A DNA stretch of 59,548 nucleotides from a virus (IMGVR_UViG_3300012926_000005:1-59548), one strand, 5' to 3'. Numbered from the stretch's first letter, positions 37,348 to 46,622 are shown. A program made the numbers and translations. Notes: generated from the letters alone by a model not told the origin.

Positions 37348-38031
37348 ATGACCACCAAAATCCTAACGCAGTGCATCCGAGTAGGGGCGATATTCGCGCT
37401 AGTGTGTGTGGGGCTGATGGCGCTTAGTCTCAAGAAGTCAGCCGATGCGCTCACACAGGCAGAAATCGTAGCCAGCGCAGAGCTACGAGAGGCCCATAGT
37501 CTAACGTTGGATGTTCACTATAAGCTAGTCGAGCCAGGGGGATTGCTAGACATCTCCAAGGCTACGATGCTGCACATAGACCGTGCATCAGGGGAGGCTG
37601 CGATAGCCAGCAGGCAGCAGAGGGTCTACTGGGATCAGCTAGGGGCAAGGTCGGTAACGACACTAGCGGCAGCGCAGCACTCGATTGAGACGCTAGACCG
37701 GACGATTGCCAGTATAGGCCAGGACGTACACGGGACAACGCAGGCGGTTGACGGGGTATTAGTCAAGACCGGGGAGTCGGTTGACTCAGTGAATGCCGAT
37801 GTCAGAGCATTAAACGTGATCATCGCTGACCCTGATATAACCGCGTCGATCAAGTCGCTAGCGGAATCAAGTAAACACGTCGAGTTAACTACAGAAAGCG
37901 TGTCACATATCGCGGCGACCATTGACGGACAGGTCAAAAAATTAGCGAACCCTACGAAGGGCGAAAAGGCATTGGGCTGGCTTATGACGGTTTTAAGAGG
38001 GGCTAGCTACACATCTTGGTTATTCAAATAA
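37348..38031 (+). CDS. Membrane-anchored coiled-coil protein
   Basis: N-terminal TM helix; long heptad-like region; amphipathic C-terminus. Confidence 0.6.
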   Translation: MTTKILTQCIRVGAIFALVCVGLMALSLKKSADALTQAEIVASAELREAHSLTLDVHYKLVEPGGLLDISKATMLHIDRASGEAAIASRQQRVYWDQLGARSVTTLAAAQHSIETLDRTIASIGQDVHGTTQAVDGVLVKTGESVDSVNADVRALNVIIADPDITASIKSLAESSKHVELTTESVSHIAATIDGQVKKLANPTKGEKALGWLMTVLRGASYTSWLFK

Positions 38032-38050
38032 AAAGGGAGATACAAAAGGC

Positions 38051-38443
38051 ATGGGCAATTTCTTTAAGGCAATCGGGCATTTTTTTTCATCGCACTTCGG
38101 CCAAGCGCCGTCAGTGCTGCAAAAGGCAGGCTCAATTCTGAGCTACATCGCGCCACTATTGAAGCTGATCTTCGCGCAGGTAGACCCCGGAGACTCGGTT
38201 TTAGTGGCTAACACCATTGCAGAAGTCCAAACCAGCATGGCGACAGCAGCGGCTTTGATTGCAGAGTCACACAGCACAACGGACATAACCGCAAAGGCCA
38301 GAGTTGCAACGGCGCTGAGTGCTGTGGCTAACCACCTTAACGAACTATTGACGGCGGGCCACGTGAAGAACGATTCAATCAAGGCCAGCGTGACGGCGGG
38401 CGTTGAAGAGTTGCAGGCAGTGGTTAAGCAGTTGACTGCCTAG
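38051..38443 (+). CDS. Amphipathic helical protein
   Basis: GGGAG RBS; MGNFFKAIGHFF. Confidence 0.65.
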   Translation: MGNFFKAIGHFFSSHFGQAPSVLQKAGSILSYIAPLLKLIFAQVDPGDSVLVANTIAEVQTSMATAAALIAESHSTTDITAKARVATALSAVANHLNELLTAGHVKNDSIKASVTAGVEELQAVVKQLTA

Positions 38444-38474
38444 AAAGGAGAACCGGAAAAATCGCCAGAGCATG

Positions 38475-38508
38475 AGAGGCAGAGTTTTTAAGCTCTGCCT
38501 CTTGTTTT
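38475..38508. terminator. Terminator at the convergence of rightward and leftward units
   Basis: AGAGGCAGAG-N8-CTCTGCCTCT-TGTTTT; followed immediately by a 14-bp motif copy. Confidence 0.8.
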
Positions 38509-38889
38509 GTCTAACGTTGGACTAGCTAATGCAGCGTACCCCATTACAACGGCCAGGGCGTACAGCTTGACAGGGTTGGGAAAGGTCAGTGCCGGTTATC
38601 TTGCAGTCGGTTCCGGGTTGCGGTGGAGGGGTCAATTTGCCGTGTAACAGCAGAGAGAAAAACAGCACAAAGTAAATCATGGATTCATCCTCAGAGAAAA
38701 ATTGGTTAAAGGGTTAGCAATGTCTGGCCGAAACTATCAGGGCCAGGGCGATAACAAGTAAGATCATTTTGACGCTAAAATCTGCCTTAAACAAGCTCAA
38801 TCCTTTCATTTAAAGTACTGCTAGCAGCGCTAGGTTGACTTATAGGGCGTCCGGGGTAGATTTTAATAGCCGTGTACCCCCGGAACGAT

Positions 38890-39123
38890 CTACGAGCAGG
38901 CCTGAGCTATCTCAGCGCTAGTTAGTGAGAACAGGTCATGGTCACCCATATCTGTTATGGCCATCTCGAAAGTATGTTCTAAGATGAACATAGCCATCAA
39001 GAGTTGATCGTCTCTGAGAGACGGGTATTGTTTACGGAAACGGCTGAGTACAGCAAAGTGGATATCGGCAATAGCTTTCAGTTCTGATACGGGCATAGTG
39101 TCCTCCACAATGCGCCCTGTCAC
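38890..39123 (-). CDS. Hypothetical protein
   Basis: ORF in the leftward operon. Confidence 0.5.
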   Translation of the reverse strand: MTGRIVEDTMPVSELKAIADIHFAVLSRFRKQYPSLRDDQLLMAMFILEHTFEMAITDMGDHDLFSLTSAEIAQACS

Positions 39124-39140
39124 GGCGCACTAGCAAAGCG

Positions 39141-40070
39141 CTAGGCCGCGTCTTCAAACTGAAACTTGCGAGTCGGTTTGTCAACCAAAAGGCCGTCAAT
39201 GGCTGAATTCAACTTCTCAAACTCAGTTCTTACGGAGTCCCTGAGCGGTTCCTGTACCTTTAGGGCGTCTTTGGTGACTCCGTTCATGGCAGATTTGGCA
39301 CGTTCGACCAACAGGGCTAGCTGTAAGTCTGAGCCGATGTTTTTGGAGTCGAATAGCTGGCAGAATTCCTTGACCTTTTCGACTGAAGACGTGTGCAGAA
39401 TCTTTTGCTTGCCGTCCGGCCCTGGTGTCAGCTTGTCAAGGAAGTGACCGAAGAACTGTTTAGCTTCTTCCCGTAAGCTGTAAACGACTTCCGTAGACAG
39501 AGACATGGCAGTCGCAGCGGCCTTTGCCTTTGCTTCTTCGTAGAATTCAGCAGAGACATTTTTCAGGGAGTCCGGGGTGACGAATTCTTTAAACTCCCAA
39601 TAGATGGAGAATTCGGCTTTGAGGGCTTCCTTTGAGACTTGGATGCCGTTAGGCCCTAAGCGAACGCCGGGGTAGTCTTTGGGGTCAAACTCTGCCTTCA
39701 AGTTGCGTTGGTCATTCAGGACGACAGCGGCGTAGGAATCGGCCAAGCGATCTACCAGGGCGTCACGGTCAGCCTGCCAGAGTTTCATGTACTCTTCTAT
39801 GTCCGGTACGGCCTTGTGGCCTACCAGATAGACGCCGGACTTGACAAGGCCGTTGGCTACAGAGTGAGCATACAGCCAGTGCCGTGCATGGCCGTCTCTG
39901 GACTTGATAGCGGCAAGCTGCGGAGACTTGAGAAGGGACTTTGATACGCCGATACGATCAGGATCAGCGTCAATTTCAATGTGGGAAGTGGGAACCTGCC
40001 GGGAAGTGCCGACAGATTTCAGGGACAGCATAAGGCAAACTGCATTTTTAGTTACGTCTACTTGTGGCAT
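39141..40070 (-). CDS. DUF3150-like helical protein
   Basis: G..R, SK.LL, GVYLV, F...DYP, F...NI..D..L..LV pattern; GAGG RBS. Confidence 0.55.
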   Translation of the reverse strand: MPQVDVTKNAVCLMLSLKSVGTSRQVPTSHIEIDADPDRIGVSKSLLKSPQLAAIKSRDGHARHWLYAHSVANGLVKSGVYLVGHKAVPDIEEYMKLWQADRDALVDRLADSYAAVVLNDQRNLKAEFDPKDYPGVRLGPNGIQVSKEALKAEFSIYWEFKEFVTPDSLKNVSAEFYEEAKAKAAATAMSLSTEVVYSLREEAKQFFGHFLDKLTPGPDGKQKILHTSSVEKVKEFCQLFDSKNIGSDLQLALLVERAKSAMNGVTKDALKVQEPLRDSVRTEFEKLNSAIDGLLVDKPTRKFQFEDAA

Positions 40071-40327
40071 GAAAATAACCTCTCTTCAAGAAATTTGATT
40101 TCAGCTTCTAAAGCTTGAGCACGGCTAGGGAATGGCCCTAGAACCGTGTCGTAGTCGATCATGGTGGCAGTCCATTCCATGCCGAAGGTCTGACAGGAGT
40201 TAGAGGGCTCAACGTTGCTTACGCGTCTAACGTTGGACAATCCGGACTCGATCAGGGGAATTAGGGCATCCGAATAGATGCCCGTAATTTTACCGTTGCC
40301 GATCAGTAGTTTGATTTGGCTGCTCAT
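40058..40327 (-). CDS. Small conserved partner of the AAA module
   Basis: 'IYSD......G...VRR.SNVEP....W.A......LGPF..R..AL.AE...L'. Confidence 0.65.
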   Translation of the reverse strand: MSSQIKLLIGNGKITGIYSDALIPLIESGLSNVRRVSNVEPSNSCQTFGMEWTATMIDYDTVLGPFPSRAQALEAEIKFLEERLFSCHK

Positions 40328-40472
40328 AGAATTCCCCTGTAAGTTCGTCGGCAATGGTTTTGCCTAGCTTAGACTCAAGTTCGGCGGTTGAATTGGCACA
40401 TCCGGAACCTTTTACGCCGGATACCTCAACAGTGACTTTGCCTTTGTTTATCGTGATGGTATGGGTTTCCAT
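40290..40472 (-). CDS. DUF2997-like protein
   Basis: ITI..G.V.VEV.GV.G..C...T..LE..LG......LT.EFY. Confidence 0.8.
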   Translation of the reverse strand: METHTITINKGKVTVEVSGVKGSGCANSTAELESKLGKTIADELTGEFYEQPNQTTDRQR

Positions 40473-40473
40473 G

Positions 40474-40866
40474 TTAGCGTGTGGCCGTGAGAACGATCTG
40501 GCCATCCTCCTGTACTGCGGTGGTCACATAGTAACCTTGTGACTGGTAGTGAGAGATGGCGACCTGAGTAGCGTAGGCATCTTGCAGCTTTAGGCCGTCT
40601 CTCCCAATACAGTCCTGCATTGCTTTGCCTTGTGAGCCGTAAAAATCCCACAAGAGGGTATAGCCGTCTTGTGACTGGACTACGCCGACTTCATAGGCAG
40701 AGGGGTTGCCAGCTACGCGGATAGCGTGTGAGCACTTGCCAAGGTGCCGACCGTACCACTGGTAAGTATGTTGGTCACGCACTAACTCTAACCCGAGCGA
40801 CTTGCAGGCTAGCTCTAGCGCGTCAAGGTCTTTCACGATCAATTCAATTGTGGCTACGTGGGACAT
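40474..40866 (-). CDS. DUF1257 / Ycf35-like protein
   Basis: MSH..TI....KDL.AL..A...LG, YEVG, Y.L.WD, L...YA, G.I.L. Confidence 0.8.
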   Translation of the reverse strand: MSHVATIELIVKDLDALELACKSLGLELVRDQHTYQWYGRHLGKCSHAIRVAGNPSAYEVGVVQSQDGYTLLWDFYGSQGKAMQDCIGRDGLKLQDAYATQVAISHYQSQGYYVTTAVQEDGQIVLTATR

Positions 40867-41111
40867 TACTTTTTTCTCCCGAAAAGACGAGCAATGCGAG
40901 AGGCCGCACGGCTGAAAATGTTGGCAGTCTGTTTTGAGGGCTTGGGAGCCACGGTCTTAGGTTGTGCCTTCATAGCCGCGCTAAGAAGCTCGCGAAGCGA
41001 CTTAGAGCGACTGAAGCGACCGCCAGGACGGTTTGACCGTGGGAAGTAGAGATTGACGGACGGAATACTGCAGGACTGCCGACTGTGGCGCAGTTTAGTT
41101 TTGCTTTGCAT
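40866..41111 (-). CDS. Small very basic protein
   Basis: Exactly fills the gap between the AAA stop and the DUF1257 start. Confidence 0.55.
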   Translation of the reverse strand: MQSKTKLRHSRQSCSIPSVNLYFPRSNRPGGRFSRSKSLRELLSAAMKAQPKTVAPKPSKQTANIFSRAASRIARLFGRKK

Positions 41112-42629
41112 TTAGTTTACCTCACTGAGATTGTAAGAACGTGCAACGTTGGACTTGGTTTCAGCCTGTATTTTATACAAGCCGGGTTCGGATGCGGAAA
41201 TGAATTTGCCTTCGGCCTGTTCGCGTAGCCGTGTGATAGTTTCACCAGCGGATACGGCAACCGGAACAACGTAGGTTGCAGCCTCTACCAGAGAACAGCG
41301 AAGGCGGAAAGCAAGGTCGCAGCATTGCTTGATTTCTGCGCCTGTCCATCCGGCATCTTTGGGCAGTTTGTCACCGTCCTTGATCTGGTATTTTTTGGCG
41401 TACAGATTCCAAATAGCTGTACGCTCTGTCTGGTTCGGAAGATCGTAAAAGAACGTGCCAAAGTTGAAGCGTCGGCGCAATTCTGGTTTCAGGGAGTCGA
41501 TGGAATTACAAGTGCCGACAAACAGCGTACGGCCTTGAGAGATAGCCTTGACGATTGCAAGGGCATGGCGAAGGTTTGCACCTGATTCGCCTACTAGGGA
41601 ACCTTTCATTCCCGAGAGGTCAAATTGAATCAGGGGAACGCCGAAGCTACCAGCAGCGGCTTTAGGGATGGCGGTTTTGCCCGCACCTGGGGGGCCTATG
41701 GATAGCATTCCGGTAGCTTGTTCGTCCTGCATCCAAGAAAGCAGTGTGCCGTGCATCTCTTGCGAGACTCCAGACAAATCGCCCTCTGTGCCTGCTAGGG
41801 CCTTTTCTATCTCGTCTAGCAGGACAATGCAGCGAAAAGGATTGTTACCTTCAAAAACCCGCGTCATGAAAGTAATGGCATTGGAGCATCCGCGAATGTC
41901 GGAAAACGTCTCAGAACCACGCCAGACGGACAGGCCAGGGGTTTGTTCTATTTGTGTCCGTTTCCTGTCCCACAAGCCCGCCACGTCAAGCCCTGACGGG
42001 CTTATAGACATGGCTACAGACTGTTCAGTCGGGAACGCAGCTAGCCCGCACGTGGCGTCAATGGCTTGAGAGATAACCGCGTCCGTCAATTCAGGCATCG
42101 ACTTGATTTGTTTTTTGGCTTCTGAGTAGACGCCAGTGATGATCGTCTTCAGTTCGTCCAACGTTGGCAGGGGTTCATCTAAGACCATGAAATCATGTTT
42201 CAGTTCTGCCGGGAGTTTGATGTCATGACAGAGAAAAACCAGAGTGCAGCCCTTGGACTTAAAAACGTCTCGAAGATTCCAAGCTGCTTGAATGAACGGC
42301 GCATCAAAAAACTTATGTGCGTTCATCACGAAAAGAATGGTCAAGTCAGGTAGCTTGATTGCTTCCCCAAGTGCCTGCACTGGATTGCGTACGGTTGACG
42401 GATTTTGACCGTAGGCCGTGCAAGCTGATTTGCTGGCTTGTGAATTGGTAAGGGCTTGAATACCGCGTACACAGTCCCAGGACAATGCAGGCACATCTAA
42501 GTCCTGCACTTTGGAGCACTGCGCCAAAATTGCGGCAATGGTAGCTTGGGGATCAGCGGTTTTGACGGCGACTAACGGGACACTGCGTTCCCGTGCCGAC
42601 TTGAATAACTGCATGAAGGTTTTAGCCAT
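41112..42629 (-). CDS. Ycf46-like AAA+ ATPase with internally swapped Walker B/Walker A blocks
   Basis: Inactive N-terminal AAA-like domain; IVLLDEIEKA, then GPPGAGKT, SLVGES, TCN, LKPELRRRF, FFYDLP, GWTGAEI; AGGAG RBS. Confidence 0.9.
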   Translation of the reverse strand: MAKTFMQLFKSARERSVPLVAVKTADPQATIAAILAQCSKVQDLDVPALSWDCVRGIQALTNSQASKSACTAYGQNPSTVRNPVQALGEAIKLPDLTILFVMNAHKFFDAPFIQAAWNLRDVFKSKGCTLVFLCHDIKLPAELKHDFMVLDEPLPTLDELKTIITGVYSEAKKQIKSMPELTDAVISQAIDATCGLAAFPTEQSVAMSISPSGLDVAGLWDRKRTQIEQTPGLSVWRGSETFSDIRGCSNAITFMTRVFEGNNPFRCIVLLDEIEKALAGTEGDLSGVSQEMHGTLLSWMQDEQATGMLSIGPPGAGKTAIPKAAAGSFGVPLIQFDLSGMKGSLVGESGANLRHALAIVKAISQGRTLFVGTCNSIDSLKPELRRRFNFGTFFYDLPNQTERTAIWNLYAKKYQIKDGDKLPKDAGWTGAEIKQCCDLAFRLRCSLVEAATYVVPVAVSAGETITRLREQAEGKFISASEPGLYKIQAETKSNVARSYNLSEVN

Positions 42630-42760
42630 AGAATCTCCTGAAAGTTGTCCAACGTTAGACTACTGTGCAAGTCTGAGAAGCAACGGCAAAACGCCGTAAG
42701 CCGCGAGTAAAGCAAGTGTCCAGACGGCGATAGAAGCAAGGGAAGAGACGAAACGGCGCA

Positions 42761-43033
42761 TTAGTTAACCTCTCTGGAAATCTCACCTAAAAACAGGGCT
42801 GTAGCTTCATAGGTCATAATGATTGGTTCGCCATCGCCTTCGCCTATGAGAGCGAGGAGACAGGACGCATGGAAGTTTGCGGCCACGATGCAAACGGACT
42901 CAGGCAGGTAGGCAAAGCGAAACAGCGGAATTTCACGTTTCGCCGTGGCAAGCGTAGGTAGAGCGGCAATGGGATCAGTGTTAAGCATGGGGAGTCCTAC
43001 GTCTGTACTCATCCATGATTGCGCGATAGACAA
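42761..43033 (-). CDS. Hypothetical protein
   Basis: ORF in the leftward operon; start uncertain. Confidence 0.4.
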   Translation of the reverse strand: MSIAQSWMSTDVGLPMLNTDPIAALPTLATAKREIPLFRFAYLPESVCIVAANFHASCLLALIGEGDGEPIIMTYEATALFLGEISREVN

Positions 43034-43160
43034 AGTTACGTGTGCCTACGTACCAGCGCCAGTTTTCAGCAATGTCTAGCTCTAGCAGTTCGATAGCTCG
43101 CTTGACTGTCAGGTAAGGCATGGTGTCCTCAATTACGGCCAATAGCCGTGTGAAATGATG

Positions 43161-43517
43161 TTACTGATTACAGGTACAAATCTCTCTAGGGGAACGGTCG
43201 TTTAGCTCGATACAGGACGCTGTGTGCATACTGCCGTAGTGCTGACAAGGTGCATGGCCGATGAACGGATCACCAACTAGTACATACAAGGCAGAGGCGT
43301 AAGCGAAGGGTTCTAGGAGTTTGCCGTTACCGATTTGTCGTATAACAAGAGGCAGTCCAGAGCGTTCAATGGCATGAGATAAGAGCAAGAGGCCACCATG
43401 GAATTCAATGTAAGGGATTTCACCGCGCATTACTATCTGTCCGTAGCGGTGAGTAACAGGAATGAGGGAAACGCCTTTCGCCGTGTGTGAAACAGGTGTT
43501 GACTTTGATTGTGTCAT
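43161..43517 (-). CDS. Hypothetical protein
   Basis: AGGAG RBS before MTQSK. Confidence 0.5.
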   Translation of the reverse strand: MTQSKSTPVSHTAKGVSLIPVTHRYGQIVMRGEIPYIEFHGGLLLLSHAIERSGLPLVIRQIGNGKLLEPFAYASALYVLVGDPFIGHAPCQHYGSMHTASCIELNDRSPREICTCNQ

Positions 43518-43936
43518 AAGGACTCCTGAGAGTAGAGATGGCAAGAGGCTAAGTGATGCTGCCCTTTAGTGGATTGTGCTTTAGGTGTTATTGCATGACA
43601 AGTGCAAGTTTGGACTGAGGGGTTAGAGGAAGAGAGGGGAAGGGTTTGCAGGGAAGCAACGTAGTGAGCATTCATGCTCTTAGCTTTAGAGTGAGCGTGA
43701 GCCTTACCATTGCAGTTAAAATCTGCATTTGTATCGCGGTCATAGACAAACCAACGGCCTTTCTCGCGTATTGCAATGTAGCGCGTGATATGACTTACAG
43801 CGTGTTCGCCTACTACAAATATGCTGTTATGCCGAAAACGGCACTGTGAGCACTTGTGTCTTCCCTGTGGATTGTGCTTAGGCTCTGTGGGCTGAGAGGA
43901 GTTACTTCCCTGCCCGTGCTTAACTTGTTCTGCCAT
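43514..43936 (-). CDS. First gene of the leftward operon, C2H2-like zinc finger
   Basis: GAGGTG RBS; CSQC...H...H. Confidence 0.6.
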   Translation of the reverse strand: MAEQVKHGQGSNSSQPTEPKHNPQGRHKCSQCRFRHNSIFVVGEHAVSHITRYIAIREKGRWFVYDRDTNADFNCNGKAHAHSKAKSMNAHYVASLQTLPLSSSNPSVQTCTCHAITPKAQSTKGQHHLASCHLYSQESL

Positions 43937-43954
43937 GAATCACCTCAGGAGAAG

Positions 43955-43982
43955 AGAATAGCAGATTGATAAATGCAGTCAA
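43955..43982 (-). promoter_or_regulatory. Leftward promoter with TTGATAAAT box in the spacer
   Basis: Minus strand TTGACT-N16-TATTCT. Confidence 0.65.
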
Positions 43983-44098
43983 GCATAAAACGAGTTCTGA
44001 GCATAGAAAAGATACTTAGAAAAGATTACACAGTGAGACGACACCGGAGTGAGCGCAGCGAGCGGAGGTCTGGTAGGATAGCTGAGAGGTTAAGGGTT

Positions 44099-44506
44099 AT
44101 GGGAGAGGGGCTAAGAGAGGTTTGGGTATGTCAGATATGCGGCTATGAATGGCTGAAGAGTCGACAGAGGCATAGCGGCGAACGGCCTAAGCGGTGCGCT
44201 TCGGGGAAGTGTCGGAGTTCGTTATGGGACAGGGCGCGACGGTCTAACGTTGGACGGCCTGACAGGAGTGTGGTTAAGGCTAAGGGGCATCTGCCTACTC
44301 TCACGGCTAACGGAGAGCATAGCGGGCTTTGTAGCTGTCTGGTGTGCCTGTGGGCGATAGCAGGGTCACAGGGGGCCACGAAAGGGAGGACAGGGGTAAC
44401 GAAAGGCAGAGGGGGCCAGGAGGAGGGGGTATCTGTTCGCCCGTCTGTTTCGCCCGTCTCTTCTCATGTCGCTTCCGGTGTCGTGTCCGACAGGTTGTCC
44501 GTGTAG
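44099..44506 (+). CDS. Zinc-ribbon protein
   Basis: W.CQICGYEW...PKRC...CRS..WD; H...C.C..C. Confidence 0.7.
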   Translation: MGEGLREVWVCQICGYEWLKSRQRHSGERPKRCASGKCRSSLWDRARRSNVGRPDRSVVKAKGHLPTLTANGEHSGLCSCLVCLWAIAGSQGATKGRTGVTKGRGGQEEGVSVRPSVSPVSSHVASGVVSDRLSV

Positions 44507-44784
44507 GGGTGAGCGGCGGGAGGGGGATAATACTTTGCTACCGAGAAAATTTTGCTGTTATTTCTTTTTTCAGTGTTGGAGTTCTTTGCAGATTGGACTC
44601 CATATTCACTTAATGCAGCGGAACATTGAAATTCATGTGCCATTTGGTTTTTTGAGAATAGGGTGGTACTTGGACTGTGAAGATGAGAGAAACGAGATTT
44701 ACGGTAAGAGTTACGGTTGGGACGATGGCATTTGGGAGTGGGGCGTAAGTACGGAGGACTACCAGGGGGAAGAAGAAGCTGAGC

Positions 44785-44812
44785 TTGACAATTGATAAAT
44801 CCATGTTATAGT
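44785..44812 (+). promoter_or_regulatory. Promoter with TTGATAAAT box, probably leaderless
   Basis: TTGACA-N16-TATAGT with extended TG; ATG at 44820. Confidence 0.7.
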
Positions 44813-44819
44813 ACTTGAC

Positions 44820-45149
44820 ATGATTAAGTCCGCAGTAGTTATTGCGAAGTTGCTAGGAACTGAGGGATTCACGGATCACCTTGGAAACCAGATCGAGAAG
44901 TATTGGAAGAATCAAGCAGGATTGACGGATAGGCAGAAACGGCAGCTAGTGCAACTGGATAAAGCAATATCGGAAATCAGCCACAAGTTAGACGTGAAGG
45001 AACGGCTGGCGTTTGGGAGGTTTATCGGTTTGCATAAGAAGATGAGCTTTGACGCTGGGTTAAGGATTGGTCTTACGACTCATGCAGTCAAGAACGACAA
45101 GGAAACTGAAGGTGTGACAGGTACTCAGTTCTTAACGGCTAAAAAATAA
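44820..45149 (+). CDS. Hypothetical helical protein
   Basis: ORF behind a promoter. Confidence 0.65.
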   Translation: MIKSAVVIAKLLGTEGFTDHLGNQIEKYWKNQAGLTDRQKRQLVQLDKAISEISHKLDVKERLAFGRFIGLHKKMSFDAGLRIGLTTHAVKNDKETEGVTGTQFLTAKK

Positions 45150-45321
45150 AACTGGCGGCGGGGCGGGAATGGCATTCAGCAACGTGAAGATGGACGATCC
45201 GAACGAGTTTTGGGATGCGTTTGCGTGGCCGCAGCCGTAGGAGCGACCTAAGTCAGAATCACTCATGGTTCAGGGTCAGCGTATCGGCTTCAATGGATCG
45301 GAAGTGGGACGGGAGCAACCT

Positions 45322-45636
45322 ATGAGGATTGTGCAGCATTCGTTCACGGTACAACTAGCGCAGGCGTTCCCGGATTTCCGTTTAGAGCAGGCCGTAAATG
45401 CCTCTGGGTCTTCTTTGTACTGCGTGTGTAGGAACTGTGCTGGAGAGGTCGCGCTATCGCCATCCGTATTCGCTAGCGTTTCATCGGAGAGGGCGGCAGA
45501 ATATGTTTCGTCTAACTTGGTGAGACACAGGCAGATGTGCAAGACTCCCGGTCAGATTGCACTCGAAGTTCAGCAACGGCAAACGGTGGTGCCGGAAGTA
45601 AAGCAGTTCGCCAGAAAATACACGGTAACGGAGTAA
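45322..45636 (+). CDS. Hypothetical protein with CxxC/H-C motif
   Basis: GGGAG RBS before the ATG at 45322. Confidence 0.55.
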   Translation: MRIVQHSFTVQLAQAFPDFRLEQAVNASGSSLYCVCRNCAGEVALSPSVFASVSSERAAEYVSSNLVRHRQMCKTPGQIALEVQQRQTVVPEVKQFARKYTVTE

Positions 45637-45639
45637 GGC

Positions 45640-46392
45640 ATGGACGCAGATGTAAAGCAAATCATAGACGCAGCCGACAAGCTAGACGTTAAGCTGTCGC
45701 AGACTTTGGCTGACGTGACGGCAGGAAGACTGACGGCAACGGTTTTTCGGGATTTGGAAAAATTGCCGTTGGCTAAAGTTAAGACGCCGTTGTTGTGGTT
45801 GCAGGACGGTAATGTCGGTAACAGTGGGGGAGCCAGCCCGAAACCCCACGGCAGTTTTTCTTTCGCTAACTCCGGCGATGTCACGATATTTCCCGCAGGA
45901 GCGTTTGACAATTATTTCTTCCTTATGACGTTTCCCTTGCCGCAGGCGATTCCTGGTAACTTTGTGTTGGCTTTTGACAACTTCTCTGTGGTTCCGGAGT
46001 CGGCGGGTTTGTGTCAGGCATTGGAAGCGCAGATTGAAGTCAGGGACGGAATCAATGTTTACAATATGGCGTGGCAAGCAGATCAGTCAAGTAAGACCAT
46101 GCGGCTATTTAACCATGTGGCGCAGAAGTGGGTAGAAGTGCCGAGTATTCCGTTTCCGGACTTGTCAAAGCCTGTGCGATGGTCGGCGGAATTCCGGATT
46201 GACCGGGTAGCCAGCACGACAACCCATGATGTGTTGTGGCTGAATGGTGTCAGGTATCCGGTAGGGGTAACGCAACCAGCAACGCCAATAGTGACTCCGA
46301 TAGAAATGAGCGTAGCTTTCCAGTTGGACGCTAATGCCGCTGGGTCTAATTATACGGCGGAAATTTCCGGCATGAAGGTAGCATGGCTGTAA
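45640..46392 (+). CDS. Beta-sandwich (ConA/lyase-like) protein
   Basis: Alternating beta pattern, QALE and FQLD motifs; no signal peptide. Confidence 0.5.
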   Translation: MDADVKQIIDAADKLDVKLSQTLADVTAGRLTATVFRDLEKLPLAKVKTPLLWLQDGNVGNSGGASPKPHGSFSFANSGDVTIFPAGAFDNYFFLMTFPLPQAIPGNFVLAFDNFSVVPESAGLCQALEAQIEVRDGINVYNMAWQADQSSKTMRLFNHVAQKWVEVPSIPFPDLSKPVRWSAEFRIDRVASTTTHDVLWLNGVRYPVGVTQPATPIVTPIEMSVAFQLDANAAGSNYTAEISGMKVAWL

Positions 46393-46598
46393 GAGTTGAG
46401 GTCGTGTCAGCAGATGGAGTCTTGACGATTCCTGTAAATGCTGACGAGTACAACGTTAGACGTGAGCACGGGATGTTGTTACGTCATGGTATCGCTGTGT
46501 ATGGCAAGTCGATCATAAAACAAAAGTATGGTAGTTTTACCTGCTATCAGCAAGGATTGACTGTGGCCGAAGATTTTGACTATCAAGACCCAGCTTGA
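46383..46598 (+). CDS. Hypothetical protein
   Basis: Overlapping ORF. Confidence 0.45.
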   Translation: MAVRVEVVSADGVLTIPVNADEYNVRREHGMLLRHGIAVYGKSIIKQKYGSFTCYQQGLTVAEDFDYQDPA

Positions 46599-46622
46599 CA
46601 TCTTTATCAAACCGTGTATACT
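46595..46622 (+). promoter_or_regulatory. Promoter with inverted box TTTATCAAA, probably leaderless
   Basis: TTGACA-N16-TATACT; ATG at 46629. Confidence 0.7.

Noticed and set aside
99-38382. Numerous minus-strand ORFs in the ORF track opposite long plus-strand genes
   Set aside because: Antisense shadows without RBS or recognisable motifs
44047-44066. GAGC-type repeats resembling a Rep-binding element
   Set aside because: Too short, single occurrence, and no HUH Rep gene
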